Shown here piece by piece: positions 30,611 through 43,400 of a DNA stretch of 64,000 bases. The stretch's first letter is position 1, and every line of letters begins with the position of its first letter. The notes beneath the pieces are model-generated. The model was not told the DNA's origin, did not search any database, and was given only the letters and a program-made list of their open reading frames with translations. This stretch comes from Phaeosaccion multiseriatum (lineage: Eukaryota; Protista; Ochrophyta, other classes), in assembly GCA_965112735.1 (NCBI GenBank), contig OZ218955.1, positions 1,550,001 to 1,614,000 of the forward strand, in the 5' to 3' direction. A program made the position numbers and the translations under genes.

Positions 30611-31900
30611 ATGCATCCGCCAAGGCTGGCCATTCTCTTAGTGACGCTGCTGGTGGCCGTGTTCGCCGTGGCCTTGCTGCCTGTGGTGGCGGGGGCCAAG
30701 CGTCCGGCGAAGGACTGGACTCGCATCGATTTCGATAAGCTGGAGGAGGACTGGGAGGAAGGGGATGACGAGGACATTCTGATGACTGAGGGGGAGCGGC
30801 TCTTCCAGCAGACGGAGAAGAGGAGGAACCAGGCTATGAAGGAGCCCCTTGACGCCAAGTAGGTGGCTTCCTGGACGGAGGTTATGAGATTTCTCTCCCG
30901 ATCTCTCTTTTCCTCTCTCTTTCTCTCACACACACGCACTCTCTTTCACTCTCTTGCCCTTCTGTGCGCAGTCGACAAGTAATCTCTGACGTCGCGCTCA
31001 CTGTTCTTCCCCCCCTCAAACACTCTCTTCACTTCTCCTACCTACCAAGCAGGAAGTTGAGCAAAATGTCCCCCTCAGAGGTGCGCTTGCACATGGCTTC
31101 GAAGAAGGACCAAAGTGGGCCCCTCATCATCTTCCTCACTCTGTCTACCAAGGTTCCCGGGCGCGGGGACGAGGACTGGTCAGAGGACACCAGGGAGCTG
31201 TTTGCAAGGGTCGTGACTGAGGTGAGAGGAGTGATGGCACGACAAGACGCTTATGACGACTGCGTAGGAAGCAGGGAGGGTGATGGGGAGGGTTGAGGAA
31301 TGGGGATGGAACTGAAGAGAGAAGAGCTAGAGAGAAAGAGAGAGGAAGAGGCAGTAGCACACAGTGCATGTCTCACCAGCGCAACCCCCTCCTCCCCATC
31401 CATTTCTCTTTTCAGCGAGCGTTCGTGGGCGGATTGGACATCAAACCCCACGTGACAGACCCGTCCCATTTACTCATCACATCGCAGAGGGGGTGGGATG
31501 GGGAGGCCATCGTGAGGTTCCTCGTCAGCCTGAAGGAGGTGCAAAAGGTGAGTTTCAGTTTCAGTCTCTCAAGTCTCTCAAGTCTCTCAAAATAGCACCA
31601 CGCAACATCACACGTATGCACATAGGAAGTCTTACAATGTATCACCCACCCAACAGGTACTGCCATCTGTGAGTGCCTTTCTCAAGTAGTTTCGATGGGA
31701 CTTATGCATGCTCTACACACACACTCTCTCACTCACTCACTCACTCACCCCCCCACACACACACGTAACAGGTGACGTGGAACAACGAAGACTTTACAGC
31801 GAGAGACGTGGGCATTGACGACGAGGATGTGCAGTCCGCCTTGGATGTGAGGATAGGAGGGGAAGGGGGACAGGGAAGTGTTGCACAGCTGGACTTATGA
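30611..31900 (+). CDS. MESD: MESD-like ER chaperone
   Basis: Signal peptide, then DFDKLEEDWEEGDD, GPLIIFLTL, GLDIKPHVTDPSHLLI, GWDGEAIVRFLV and VQK|VTWNNEDF. The last exon boundary is uncertain. Confidence 0.75.
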
Positions 31901-32522
31901 CAGCGGGGGAGGGATGCAAGGGAGGAAGGAAGGGGGGTGGTCATTCATTCTAGAGCTGCTGGGGCTGCTGCTTGAGGGTGGTGGCCGGCGAGGCATGCAT
32001 TCATGCATACCGCAGCAGCAGGTGTGTTCAAGACTCGACGTATGGTAGGACTGCGAATGTACTTCCACTCACAGACTCCCAGGCACCTTCACCGATAGGT
32101 CCGGACCCCACGACCAGCTGTTGGACCCAGCCAGCCTTGCCGCTTTCTACACTTGTTGTCGAGCTGGTAGCCTTTGCCGCAGCGCTGGCTTAGGAGCACA
32201 ACAGGAAGCGCTGAATCGAGCCAGGCTTGCTTGGCTACTATATACACTACCGTAATTGTATGTGTGTCTTAACCCTATGCTAGGTCGAGTCTTTGAGAGA
32301 GAACCCACCCACCCACACACCCACTGCACCCACCGCACCCACACACAAGTGTCGGGAAGAAGTTGTCAAAAAATGTGAATATGAAGTCATTGATTTAGGC
32401 TCCCACAAAGCAGCCCCTATTCTTCTTCTTCCTACTTGTCTACTACCAGTATATGTTACATGTTGCAGCAACGAGGGAGGAGCCCTCGTAGGACCACACT
32501 TCACACTTCGTCTACTCTTCTC

Positions 32523-33826
32523 TTACTCTGCTGCTGCTTCTCCTCCCGCCATTGTAACGACAGGCGCAGCAACAGCATCAGAAGCAGCATCGTCAGATAA
32601 GAAGTTGCCACCCCCTCCACCGGTCTCTGTCTCTGCAGCACCGGCACCATCCTCCGCAGCAACCCCAGCAGCAGCAGTTGGTGATACAGCAGCAGCAGCA
32701 GCAGCAGCAGCAGCCTCCTCATGTGCTGCCTCCAACGAGGCCAATCGGGCAGCTGCCTCGGCATCCTTCACTGACTGGGGCCGCTTGCTATCTCCCGCCT
32801 TGTAGGCCTGCCGAACGCGAATGGCTCTTCCGTGTATGACGGTTTCGTCTAGTTCCTCTATGGCTACTTGACTGGCGTATGCTTGGTTGTACACTACAAA
32901 TGCAATACCCTTTTCAAGAGGAGGGAGGGAGGGAGGAGAGCGTACACGCGCACAAGGAGGACAAGAGACGAGAAAGGCACATTCGCCAGTCAATGGCCGA
33001 GGGGAGAGGGGAGGGGAGGGGACGAAAGAGATGAGTGAGTTCGGTCTGCTCACACGAAACGCTACACAAGATCTTCTTCTGTGTGTGGCAATCCTTCCTC
33101 TCTATCTCTTGGCCCAACACCCAACACCAGCCGCACATTGGAAGAGCAAGAGAGAAAGACAAAGACCCTGCTCATGATCAACAGTCACCACCCCCACCCA
33201 CCTTGGGCTTTCCCGAGAAGGAATCCTTAACGAACTTGATCTGAGTCACGCCCCCCACCGATTCCATGACCTCTTCCAGCTCTTCCTTTGTTGTCTTGAA
33301 ATGCACGTTTGATACGAGCACCTGGTTGGGGGTGGGTGGAAAGAGGGGAGGAAGGAGGGGGTTTGGGTTGAGGATAGGCCCAGAGGGCGGAGGAGAGAGA
33401 TGTGTACTATCTCCCTCTGCTTATGTACACAGCTCTGGACGGCGCTGACTGAAAACTGACCATCTCAAGGCTTCCCTCCTCCCCTTCCTTGCTTACCTTG
33501 TTTGCGTTTCTGTACTCCTTTTCTCTCACGTGACTCCGCATGGCTCTCCCCACTCGACCCAGTAGCTGCCCCTTTCCTTTTCCCTTGGTGGACTTGACCT
33601 TCATGCTCAGGTTCCCTCCTGCACACGTGGGCGCCTCAGGTTGACAACATGGGGCAGACTCGACGAGCTGGGCACCACCGAACGCACTGCTGCTGCTACT
33701 ACTCACGGACACAAAGAAGGCTGAGCTGAGCTGAGCCGTCACCACCACCACCAGTAGCAGCAGCAGCACTACAGCCATGGTCAGCAGCAGTAGCAGCACT
33801 AGTAGAAGGAAGAAGAGAGGCACCAA
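32523..33826 (-). CDS. Single-RRM RNA-binding protein with signal peptide and SSAF motif (probably plastid-targeted)
   Basis: Three exons. RNP2 VLVSNV; RNP1 KPK|GIAFVVY; AIEELDETVIHGRAIRV. The hydrophobic N-terminus is followed by LSSAFF. Confidence 0.85.
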
Positions 33827-34260
33827 GGAGAAGCGAGCTTCGGCAGCAGAAAGACTTCAGCCTGTCGCGATGTCGAGCGACAAAGCTTTTGTGATCGGTG
33901 GGTAGAGTGTCACTAAGGCTCTCGCGGTGTAGGAGTGTGGCAAGATCTCTCTATTAACAGCGGAAAGGAAGCTGTGGTGCTGAGTTTAAAGGTGGCCTAT
34001 ATGCCTGCAAGCCTGTCCAGCCCTATCGTAAGCGTGCCTCCTGGGCCAAAGGAGTTTTCCTTAACAAAAAAACATACAACAATAAAAAAAGGACCTGCTT
34101 AGGGGCAGGACGAACGCTGCTTGAGAAGAGAAAATACTTGGGGAGACTTGTGAGGAGGGGTGTAGCAGAAGTAGCGGTAGAGTAAAGGCGGCAGCGCTTT
34201 GGGTTGCGATAGGTCGCCCACAACCCCCACCCCTCCTTTGACCCGCCCACGTGTGTAGTT

Positions 34261-35071
34261 ATGGGCCAATACCAGCCGCAACCACCCACGAAGGGAAGAG
34301 TGGTTGCTACTATGTGCGCCGCTGCGGCGTTGGTAGTGCTTTCGACCTCAGTTGCAGCAGCAGGAGCAGCAGGCCGTGCCGCTGTGGCGCAGGAGCGTGG
34401 CCAGAGGGGTGTCGCTTTGCCGAGGAGCGAGAGCATGGAAGTAAAAAGCAGGTGCAGGGTGAGGAGGAGGAGGACGAGCGGTCCCAGTGACTGCTATAGT
34501 GGTGCCCCGGTTTGTCGGATAGCAGGAGGGCAGAGGCAGCAGCCCCAGCAGGAGGAGGGGGGCGAGGGCAAGGGGCAAGGGACTAGCCACTCTTGTCCGA
34601 GAGAGCAACGCACTAGGCACAGCAGGAGTGGAGGGTGGGCAGCCGTCGGGCTTCGTGAGGTCCTCGGACTGCGCCACCAGGGAGGAGGAAGAGGAGGAGG
34701 AGGACGACGACGACGAGGAGGCGGAGGAGGAGGGGGAGGAGGAGGAGGAAGAGGTGCAGCGGGGAGGGGGAAGCTATTAGCAGCAGCCCTTCCAGTGCCG
34801 CCTAGCCAAGGTTTGCGGGAGGAGATTCACCCGCCATCACAGCATATGATGGAGGTCCTAGACACAGCGGAAGTAGCCGTGGAGGCGGAGGCCGAGGCAG
34901 CAGCAGTAGCAGCAGCATCAGCACCAGCGGCAAAAGTAGAAGTAAACAAGGTGAGTATAAGGTTGCCCACACAACCCGTGAGAGAGAATGGATCACAGCT
35001 GGAGAACATGTGAAGCAATGTGTGATGCCCTGCTGATGCGTATGTCGAGGGCAATGACCTAACCTCTATTG

Positions 35072-35120
<49 letters not shown>

Positions 35121-37485
35121 GTCTATCTCTCTCTTGTCGTACCCAGCGTCGCTGGGCGCAATCCCAAGCAGCAGCAGGGGGGGCTCCGAACCCCGTAGGT
35201 CTGGTCCCTGCACACAAGGCCAAGCCCACCCCGGACGCAGGCAGGAGCAAGAAGAACAAGAGTGCACCAACACCAGCTGGTGATACAGTAGCTGCTGCAA
35301 CACCAGTTGGTGATACAGTAGCTGCAGTAGCAGGGGGGATCGGAAGGGAGGACGGTATTGATGGTGACGAATGGGACGTCGCCAAGAGTCACACGGTCTT
35401 TGTGTCAGAGTGCGACCTTCCCACCGCGAAGGGCCTTTTTCGGCTGCGGGCATACAGACATGAGGGGCCGCTTCGGTCACTGGAGCCCGTGGTGGTGTAC
35501 AGAGGAGACCTCAAAGGGTTGGAGAACGTTCCTGTAAGGGTCCACGATCAGTGCCAAACCTCAGAGGTTCTGGGCAGTCTGAGGTGTGACTGTCGAGAGC
35601 AACTTGACTACGCGTTGGACCTTATCAACGAAAATGAGGTGAGGGGTGAGAGATGGAAGGGGGGGGGAGGGGAGGGGCGGCGACCGACTCAAGTAGTGCT
35701 CATGATGACCCTCCTTCCGTTGCTTGCTTCCTTCCCCTTTCCCTCCCTTGCGTGCATTATCGTGTGTGTGTGTGTGTGTATGTTTGTGTGTGTGTGTGTG
35801 CGTGTACGTCGATTTGATTGACTTACTACTTCAGGCGGGAGGGGCTGTCATTTATCTGCAGCACGAGGGGAGGGGTATCGGGCTGGCCAACAAGGTACGT
35901 GTGGGTGGCTCCTCTCTCGCTCTCTCTCTCCACTCTCTGTCTCTCTCTCTTCTCGCTCTCAATGTGTGTGTGTGTGTGTGTGACTGCCTTTCTCTCTCTC
36001 GGTGTCTGTCTCGGTCTCTCTCTGCGTGTCTCTCCGCCTCGTGGTGGGTCGGTGCTCTCTCTCTCTCTCTTTCGTCTGTCTGTCCGTCTTCGGAAGCTTT
36101 ATACCTCTCTCTTGCTGCCGAAGAAGGCAAGCGAACTGAGTGGTGTTGCAAGCAATGGTGGTACCTTCCTTACCTTGCGTTGTGCCTGCCTCTAAACTGT
36201 CTTCTCACTCACTCACTCACTCACGCACTCACTGTGCTGCCTCTCCCTCCCTGCCCTCTATGCCCATATGCCTCCCACCTGTGCATGTTCACATTCGCAG
36301 GTGGCGGCGTACCATCTCCAGGACAACGGTTTGGACACGGTGGATGCCAACAGGAAGCTCGGCTTCGACGACGACCAAAGGTAAGGCAGAGCACCAACGC
36401 TTGCAGCATTACAAGGTACGCGTTGCATGTATCGTCATCGATATGATATTGACCTCCTCTTCCTCCTTCTTCTTCTTCTTCTTCTTCTTCTTCTTCTTCT
36501 TCTTCTTCTTCTTCTTCTTCTTCTTCTTCTTCTTCTTCTTCTCCTCCTCCTCCTCCTCCTCTTCCTCTTCCTCCTCTTCCTCCTCCTCCTCCTCCTCGTT
36601 CTCCCCCCCCCCCTTTCCTCCTCCTCCTCCCCCCCCTCCCCATCCTCTCCCTCCCCACCTCCCCCCGCCCCCTCCGTTGACAGGAGCTACGAAGCCGTCA
36701 AGTACATTCTTGAGGACATGGGCATTGAGAGCATCGCCCTCATGACCAACAACCCTTACAAGATCAGGTACGTAGGAGTACGTAAGAGAAGAGTACGTGT
36801 GAGGGGCTCATGGAGTGCGATAGAGGGATATGGGTCAGGCTCGAGGAGGAGTTGGGTCAAGGTTCGGGGACCGTAAGCGACCATATATGAACATGTCACA
36901 ACATTCCACTCAATCCATCCATCCATCCATCCACCCATTCATCCACCCACCCACCCATCCCATGACACTACCACCCAAACACTCCAACAACGAACCAAAC
37001 AAACAAACACACACACACACACAACCACACAAACTCTACATCCGCCCCCAAGCTACAGATGTCTGCACGAGTTGGGCATCAAGCTGGTACTGACTTACTG
37101 CCCCGCTGACATGCTACCCCACCGGCTTACTGCCCCACTGACTTCTTCTGCTCCACCGACTTACTGCCCCACTGACTTACTGCCCCACTGACTGAGTGCC
37201 TCATTGACTTACTGCCCCCACTGACTGTTCCCCCCCCCCCCTACAGATGTCTGCAGGAGTTGGGCATCAAGCTGGGCAGCCGCATCCCCACTCTTGTTGC
37301 CAGCAACGAGCACAACGAACGCTACCTGAGGGCCAAGGTACAACGCATGCACCACTCACTCGACGACAATGATATCGACGGGATGGTTCACCGCATGCCC
37401 AAGAGAAGGAAGAGCAGCACCGGGAGGAAGCTCTTTTCGAAGGGGGGCGGTGGAGGTGTCTCTCCCGCACATCAGGCTGCTGCTG

Positions 37486-37518
<33 letters not shown>

Positions 37519-39405
37519 TGGATGAGGCTACCGGCTTGGCTGGTGGTATGGCTGCTGGGAAGGGAGAACAGGGAGAGCAGGGTACCCTCAGCGGTGGTGG
37601 CGTTGGTGGTGTCAAGGGAAAGTCGAATTCTAATAAGCAGCAGCAAGCGCAGCAGCAGGGAGGGAGAGCGACCAAGAAGAAGCCATCCTCGGCGGCGGCA
37701 GGAGCAAGCAAGGAGGAGAAGGAGGAGGGTGCGTCGGCTCCTACCTTGACGGGTAAAGCCGCTGTGCTGGCACCGGAGAAGAGTGAGGCAGAGGAGCAGT
37801 ACACGCAGTTCGGCCGACAGAGTGTGATTGACGCCATTGAGGCCATTGGCAGAGGCGAGATGGTGATTGTAGTGGACGATGAAGACAGGGAGAATGAGGG
37901 GGACCTTATCTTCGCCGCCTCCATGGCCACTCCTCAGATGCTCGCTTTCACCATTCGCTACACGAGTGGCGTGATTTGTGTGAGCCTCATGGAGGAGAGG
38001 TTGAACGAGCTCGAGCTACCGCAGATGGTGAGAGAGTTGAGAGAGTTGAGAGACTTGGGGAGGGGGGGGGGGGGTGAGTGGGCGGGTGGGTGGGTGGGTG
38101 AGAGAGTTGGGGAGGGGGGGGGGGGGGGGGGGGGTGGGCGGGTGGGTGGGTGGGTGGGTGGGCCGGTGGGTGGGTGGGTGAGTGAGCGGGTGGGTGGATG
38201 GGTGGGTGGGTGGGTGGGTGAGTGGGTGGGTGGGTGGGTGGGTGGATGGGTGGGTGGGTGGGTGGGTGAGTGGGTGGGTGGGTGGGTGGGTGAGTGAATG
38301 GGTGGGTGGGTGGGTGGGTGGGTGGGTGAGTGAATGGGTGGGTGGGTGGATGGATGGATGGGTGAGTGGGTGGGTGGATGGATGGATGGGTGAGTGGGTG
38401 GGTGGGTGGGTGATGGCAATGGGCGGGAGGGAGATTAGACTTTGACTCAGAAGGTCTCCCGGACCGGACTCAGTATAGAGGATGCAAGGGGGGGGGGAGG
38501 TGACAGCAGACGGGAGGCAGGACCCCTTGCCCCGTCCTTGTGCATGTCTGTCCCGTTCACGCCACACACACACACGAAGCTCAAGCCTGTACACATGTAT
38601 ACACGCTCGTCTCTTATCCCCCCCCCTCCTCCTCCTCCCCCTCCTCCTCCTCCTCCTCCTGCTCCTCCTCCTCCTCCCCCTCCTTCTCCTCTCCCCCCCC
38701 CCCCTCCCCCTCCTCCTCCTCCTCCTCCCTCCCTCAGCTGAGCGCCAACCAAGACCCTAAGAACACGGCCTTCACAGTTACGGTGGATGCTGCCCACGGC
38801 GTGAGCACGGGTATATCGGCCTTCGACAGAGCAAAGACGATCCTCGACTTGGCCTCCCCCGCCACTGTTTCCGGAGACTTCTGCCGACCCGGACACGTGT
38901 TCCCCCTCCGGTACGTCGTCGTCGTCGTCGTTGTCGCCACATGTGACGTATCTGTGTGGTCTTGCGTCATTTACGCGATGTAACGTGATCTTAACGTGAC
39001 CTTAACGTGACCTTAACGTGACCTCAACGTGATCTTAACGTGACGGTCTCCCCTCCCCTCCCCTCCCCTCTGCTCCCCTCCCCTCTCCTCTCCTTTCCTC
39101 TCTTCTCCCCCTCACCCTCTCACCCCCCCCCCCCCGCCCCCCCAAAAAAAAACAGATGCAAGCCCGGCGGTGTGCTGGAGCGAGCCGGGCACACAGAGGC
39201 TGCCCTGGAGCTGTCTCGTCTCGCCGGCCTCCCTCCTGTGGGCGCGCTGTGCGAGATCACGGACAAGGATGGGCTGGAGATGGCCCGACTACCGGAGTTG
39301 ATTGAGTTTGGTAAGGAGCATGGGTTGGTGCTCACCACTATCATGGACATGAGAGTATATCTGAGAGAGGAGCAGCGAGAGCGGCAGGAGAAGGGAGGGC
39401 AGTAA
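34261..39405 (+). CDS. ribA-ribB: Bifunctional GTP cyclohydrolase II / DHBP synthase (riboflavin biosynthesis), with GCHII N-terminal and DHBPS C-terminal
   Basis: GCHII: [24 protein letters not shown] (three Zn Cys), [38 protein letters not shown]: [58 protein letters not shown]. The two domains are linked within one uninterrupted exon (37247-38027). Start at 34261 or 34311. Confidence 0.93.
37089..37226. repeat. (CTGACTTACTGCCCCA)n array; the same family occurs at 45724-45862 and 48478-48735
   Basis: Directly visible imperfect tandem repeats next to splice sites. Confidence 0.85.
38981..39044. repeat. 11-bp tandem repeat (TAACGTGACCT)n, intronic
   Basis: About 6 copies. Confidence 0.9.
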
Positions 39406-40487
39406 GAGTTTAGGGGTTGTGGGGGGGGGGAGTAGGGTACGGTAGGCGGGTGGGATGGGGGGGTAGGAGGTAGGACGGTGGAGCTGTATGCCAGGGGGGG
39501 AGGAGGAGGAGGAGGAGGAGGAGGAGGAGGAGGAGGAGCAGTAGAAGGTGGCGAATCTAACCGTAGCAAGGTGGTAGGACAAGGGACGCGAGCCTTTTGT
39601 GCCGCTTTTTTTGTTTCTTGGCCCCTGTCTGCCGGGGAGGTGTGGGGAAGTTAGAAGCGAGGGAAGGAGGGGGGGAGGAGGGGAGGGAGGGAGGGGAGGA
39701 GGGAGTGGAGAAGGGAGTGGAGAAGGGAGGGAAGAGAGAGGAGCAGGAACGGGAGAGGAAGGACAAGAAAGACGGAGGAGAGGAGAGGAGAGCTGAGGAG
39801 GAGAGGAAAGCGGCGATCAATCGAGGGAGGAAGGAGGAGGCAGACAGAGAGGGAGAGAGAGAGAGAGAGAGGGAGAGAGATAAGAGAGGAAGACTGAGGT
39901 GGCAAATGGGGGTGAAGTACATCGTAGTGATTTGAGTGTCTCCTTCGCTGCGGACCAGTTTCAGCTTATTTACAATACAATAGACAATGATCTTGTTACA
40001 ATTACCTTGCTTTATTACTAATCTCTTCACGAGACTCGTGACGATAGTTTCCGGTCGCGGAGGAGTAAGGAGGGGGAGGAGGGAGGGGTAAAAGAACGAA
40101 ACCGACGAAATCGAAGACTCCCGTGTGCGCAAAAGCTCTCTTCCTCCCTCTCTTTTCTTCTCTTCTCTAACTGTAATAGTCGATGCAATAGATGGAGCCT
40201 TCTGAAAAAACTGGAAGACGAGAAGATCGGTGATGCAATAGATGGAGCCTTTTCTTCCTAATCGCAATAGTCGATACAATAGACTAAACATACTCAGAAG
40301 AAAAGAGGAAGAAAAGTGGCGGAGGAGAGAGTGGCGGCGGGGTAGCGGGCTTGGGGAGTGGAGTGTTTCAACGAAAGCAACTAGCTTCTCGACTTGCCTC
40401 CTCCTCGTCCATCGCCGTAGCCAGCCCCGTAAAAGACAAGCGTAGACGGAGCGTATAACAGAGTATTGGACAAAGCCGCTTCATCTC

Positions 40488-43400
40488 TTACTGCTGCTGC
40501 TCCTGCTCCTGCTCCTGCTCCTGCTGCTGCTGCTCCTGCTGCGGGTGGTGGTTCTTCTCTTGCTCCTGCAGAAGAACGAGGTGCGAGCGCTGTGCTTCCC
40601 TCGACAAGCCCCCGCCTCGTAAGGTTTCGGACCGCCGATCACTAACCCCTCCTCCTCCTTCTCTATCTTGTCTTCCCCCTCCCCCCTCCTCCTTTCCGTT
40701 AACGTCTGCGCTAACGTCTGCACTCTCATGTATCGCCTCTTCAATACCCCCCATCTCGGGCTGGGAAAACGAGTTCCTCCTGAAGCTCGGCCGGCGGGAT
40801 GCAGCAAACATGGTTAGGGGGCCGGGAGAAGACGGAGGAAGCAGCAAAGCCCACTGCCTCCCCGTCCCGCCGCTGCCGTCCCCTCCTCCTCCTCCTCCTC
40901 CTCCTCCTCCTCCTCCTCCTCCAGCCCCTCCGCCACCGTTCAAAAATCTCCCCAGCAGGGGTGACTCGGCTGGCCGCGAAGTCTCGCTCCCTACTCCTGC
41001 TCCTGTATCACCAACTGCTCCTGCTCCTGCTGTTGTACCACCACTTGCCTCAAACAGGGCTGGCGACAACGGTGTGTCCACCTCCTCTGCCTTACCCTCT
41101 GCCTTACTCTCTGTCTTGCCCGTCTGCGCCACCAATCTGCCCCCCTGGGCTGCCGAAGAGAGGGGCGCACCGGACGAACCTGCCCCGAAAAAACTCCCCA
41201 TATGCCCGGTCTGACCTCCTCCGCCCCCCTGGGTCAACGACGCCCACGCGCCCGCAGGGCCCAGGGGGGGCACACCAGAAGCAGCAGCTGCTGCTGCAGA
41301 TACGTCCGTACCTGGCTCGAGCACACTACCCCCGCCGGCCCAACCGCTCACCAATCCTCCTCCTCCTCCTGCTGCTACTGCTCCTGCTCCTCCTCCAAAG
41401 GGCGCTATCATCGGGGCCGTGGCAGGGGCTGCCACCGGCTGCGTCGGGAGGAAAGCCTGCTGCCAGAGGAGTATCGAGGCGAACTCTTGATCCACTGAAC
41501 AAATCATGTTATGCAAGCCTTGTGCATCCTGGCGGCCCCCGGAGGAGACGACGGTTCGGCCGCCGGGACCATTCTTGTCCTTGCTATGGACAGTCCCTTG
41601 GGAAGCTGAAAATATCCGGGGGCGGCTGCCGCGGAGTCCCCGAGACTTTCGACTTGAGGCCTTGTGAGGGCTGTGTGGACAGCCGGCATATCGGCATATA
41701 TGTGGGCACGTACACGGGCATATAGGCAGGCAGGTTTATGGGCACATGGGCAGGCGTAAGTGCAGGCACGTATGTGGTAGCATATATATGCATGTGGGCA
41801 TGGGCAGGCACGCGTATGGGCATGGGCATAGCATACGCGCATATGAGCAGGCAGACGCACAGGAATATGGGCAGATCATTCCTTCCTTCACTAGCGCCAC
41901 TGCAATGTATCATTTCAGTCATTGGACAATAACTCGAGTCTCTCCGTGACTCATTATTCTGTAACTGTCACTCTCTCACGCCATCGTACCTGCGATTGCT
42001 GCTTCCTCCCTTGAGGTGCCTGCCGTTGAGGCTCGATTTGGAGTCGTCAAGCTTGTTCTGCTTGTTCTTCTCGGTATCCTCCATTAGCTTATGGTGCAGC
42101 GCGTTATCGCCGTAAGTGCCTGCCGGGGGGGGGGATGGTGGGTGGGGGGGGGGGGGACAAGGAGAAGGAGGAGGAGGGAAAGAGAGGGTGGGGTTGCATG
42201 AAGGAGAGCAGGGGATAATGAGGCTGAGGCTGAGAACGTCGCTGGGTGGGGCACGGAGCACATGTTCCTTCATTACGAGACTCAGCCCCAGCCTTGTCTG
42301 CCCCAACCGCAAAGTCTCTCTCTCCCTTGTCCCCTCTCTCTCTCCCTTGTCCCCTCTCTCTCCCTTGTCCCCTCTCTCTCTCCCTTGTCCCCTCTCTCTC
42401 TCCCTTGTCCCCTCTCTCTCTCCCTTGTCCCCTCTCTCTCTCCCTTGTCCCCTCTCTCTCCCTTGTCCCCTCTCTCTCTCCCTTGTCCCCTCTCTCTCTC
42501 CCTTGTCCCCTCTCTCTCTCCCTTGTCCCCTCTCTCTCTCCCTTGTCCCCTCTCTCTCCTCCTCCCTTCCACCCCCTCCTCCCTCCCCCTCCCCTCCCCC
42601 TCCTCTCATCCCTTCTCCCTCTCCCTCTCACCAGCCACGAAGGGGTCGAATGAGATATAGAGAATGGCAGAGGCGCTGTCAACAAACTGCCTGCCTCTAC
42701 AGTCAAGCTCCGCCACCACGGGCACCGCGGAGAAACCCATCACCTCGTGCACTTGCAGCTGAAGGGGAACAGAGGGGACAGAGAAAGATCGCAAGGGGGG
42801 GGGGGGGGGATTGTTTTGAGGCGTTACTCACCCAGCTTACTCACTCACTCACTCACTCACTCACTCACTCTCACTCACTCACTCACTCACTCACTGACTC
42901 ACTCACTGACTCACTGACTCACTCACTCACTCACTCACTCACTCACTTTCTCACGTCCTCAATCAGTCACTCCACTTAAACCACCCACCCGATGACTCCC
43001 TCACTCCCCCAGTCCGCCACTTACCTCACTTAGTCACTTACTCACCCACCCACTCACCCACTCTCTTAAGTCACTTAGTCACTCAGATACTCACCCACCC
43101 ACTCAGCCATCCATTCAATCATTCACTCACTCACTCATTCACTCAACCCCCCACCCACTCGTCCATTCACCCACTCTCTCACACACACACTCACTCACTC
43201 ACTCCCCTCCCTTCCCTTCCCTCACGCACTCACTCCCCTCCTTCCTTCCCTCACTCACTCACTCCCCTCCTTCCGACCCTCCGTCTCTCCCTCCCTCCGT
43301 CTCTCCCTCCCTCCCTCCCTCCCTCCGTCCGTCCGTCCGTCCGTCCCTCCCTCCCTCCCTCCCTCCCTCGGGTTGTCGACAGGACGTACCACCACTGTGC

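Noticed and set aside
23547-39405. Functional gene cluster (THG1, riboflavin enzyme, hydrolases)
   Set aside because: The neighbouring genes have unrelated functions and no shared pathway is evident.
40165-40285. 20-bp direct repeat GATGCAATAGATGGAGCCTT as an LTR/TE end
   Set aside because: Short local duplication in a 3' intergenic region with no other TE hallmark.
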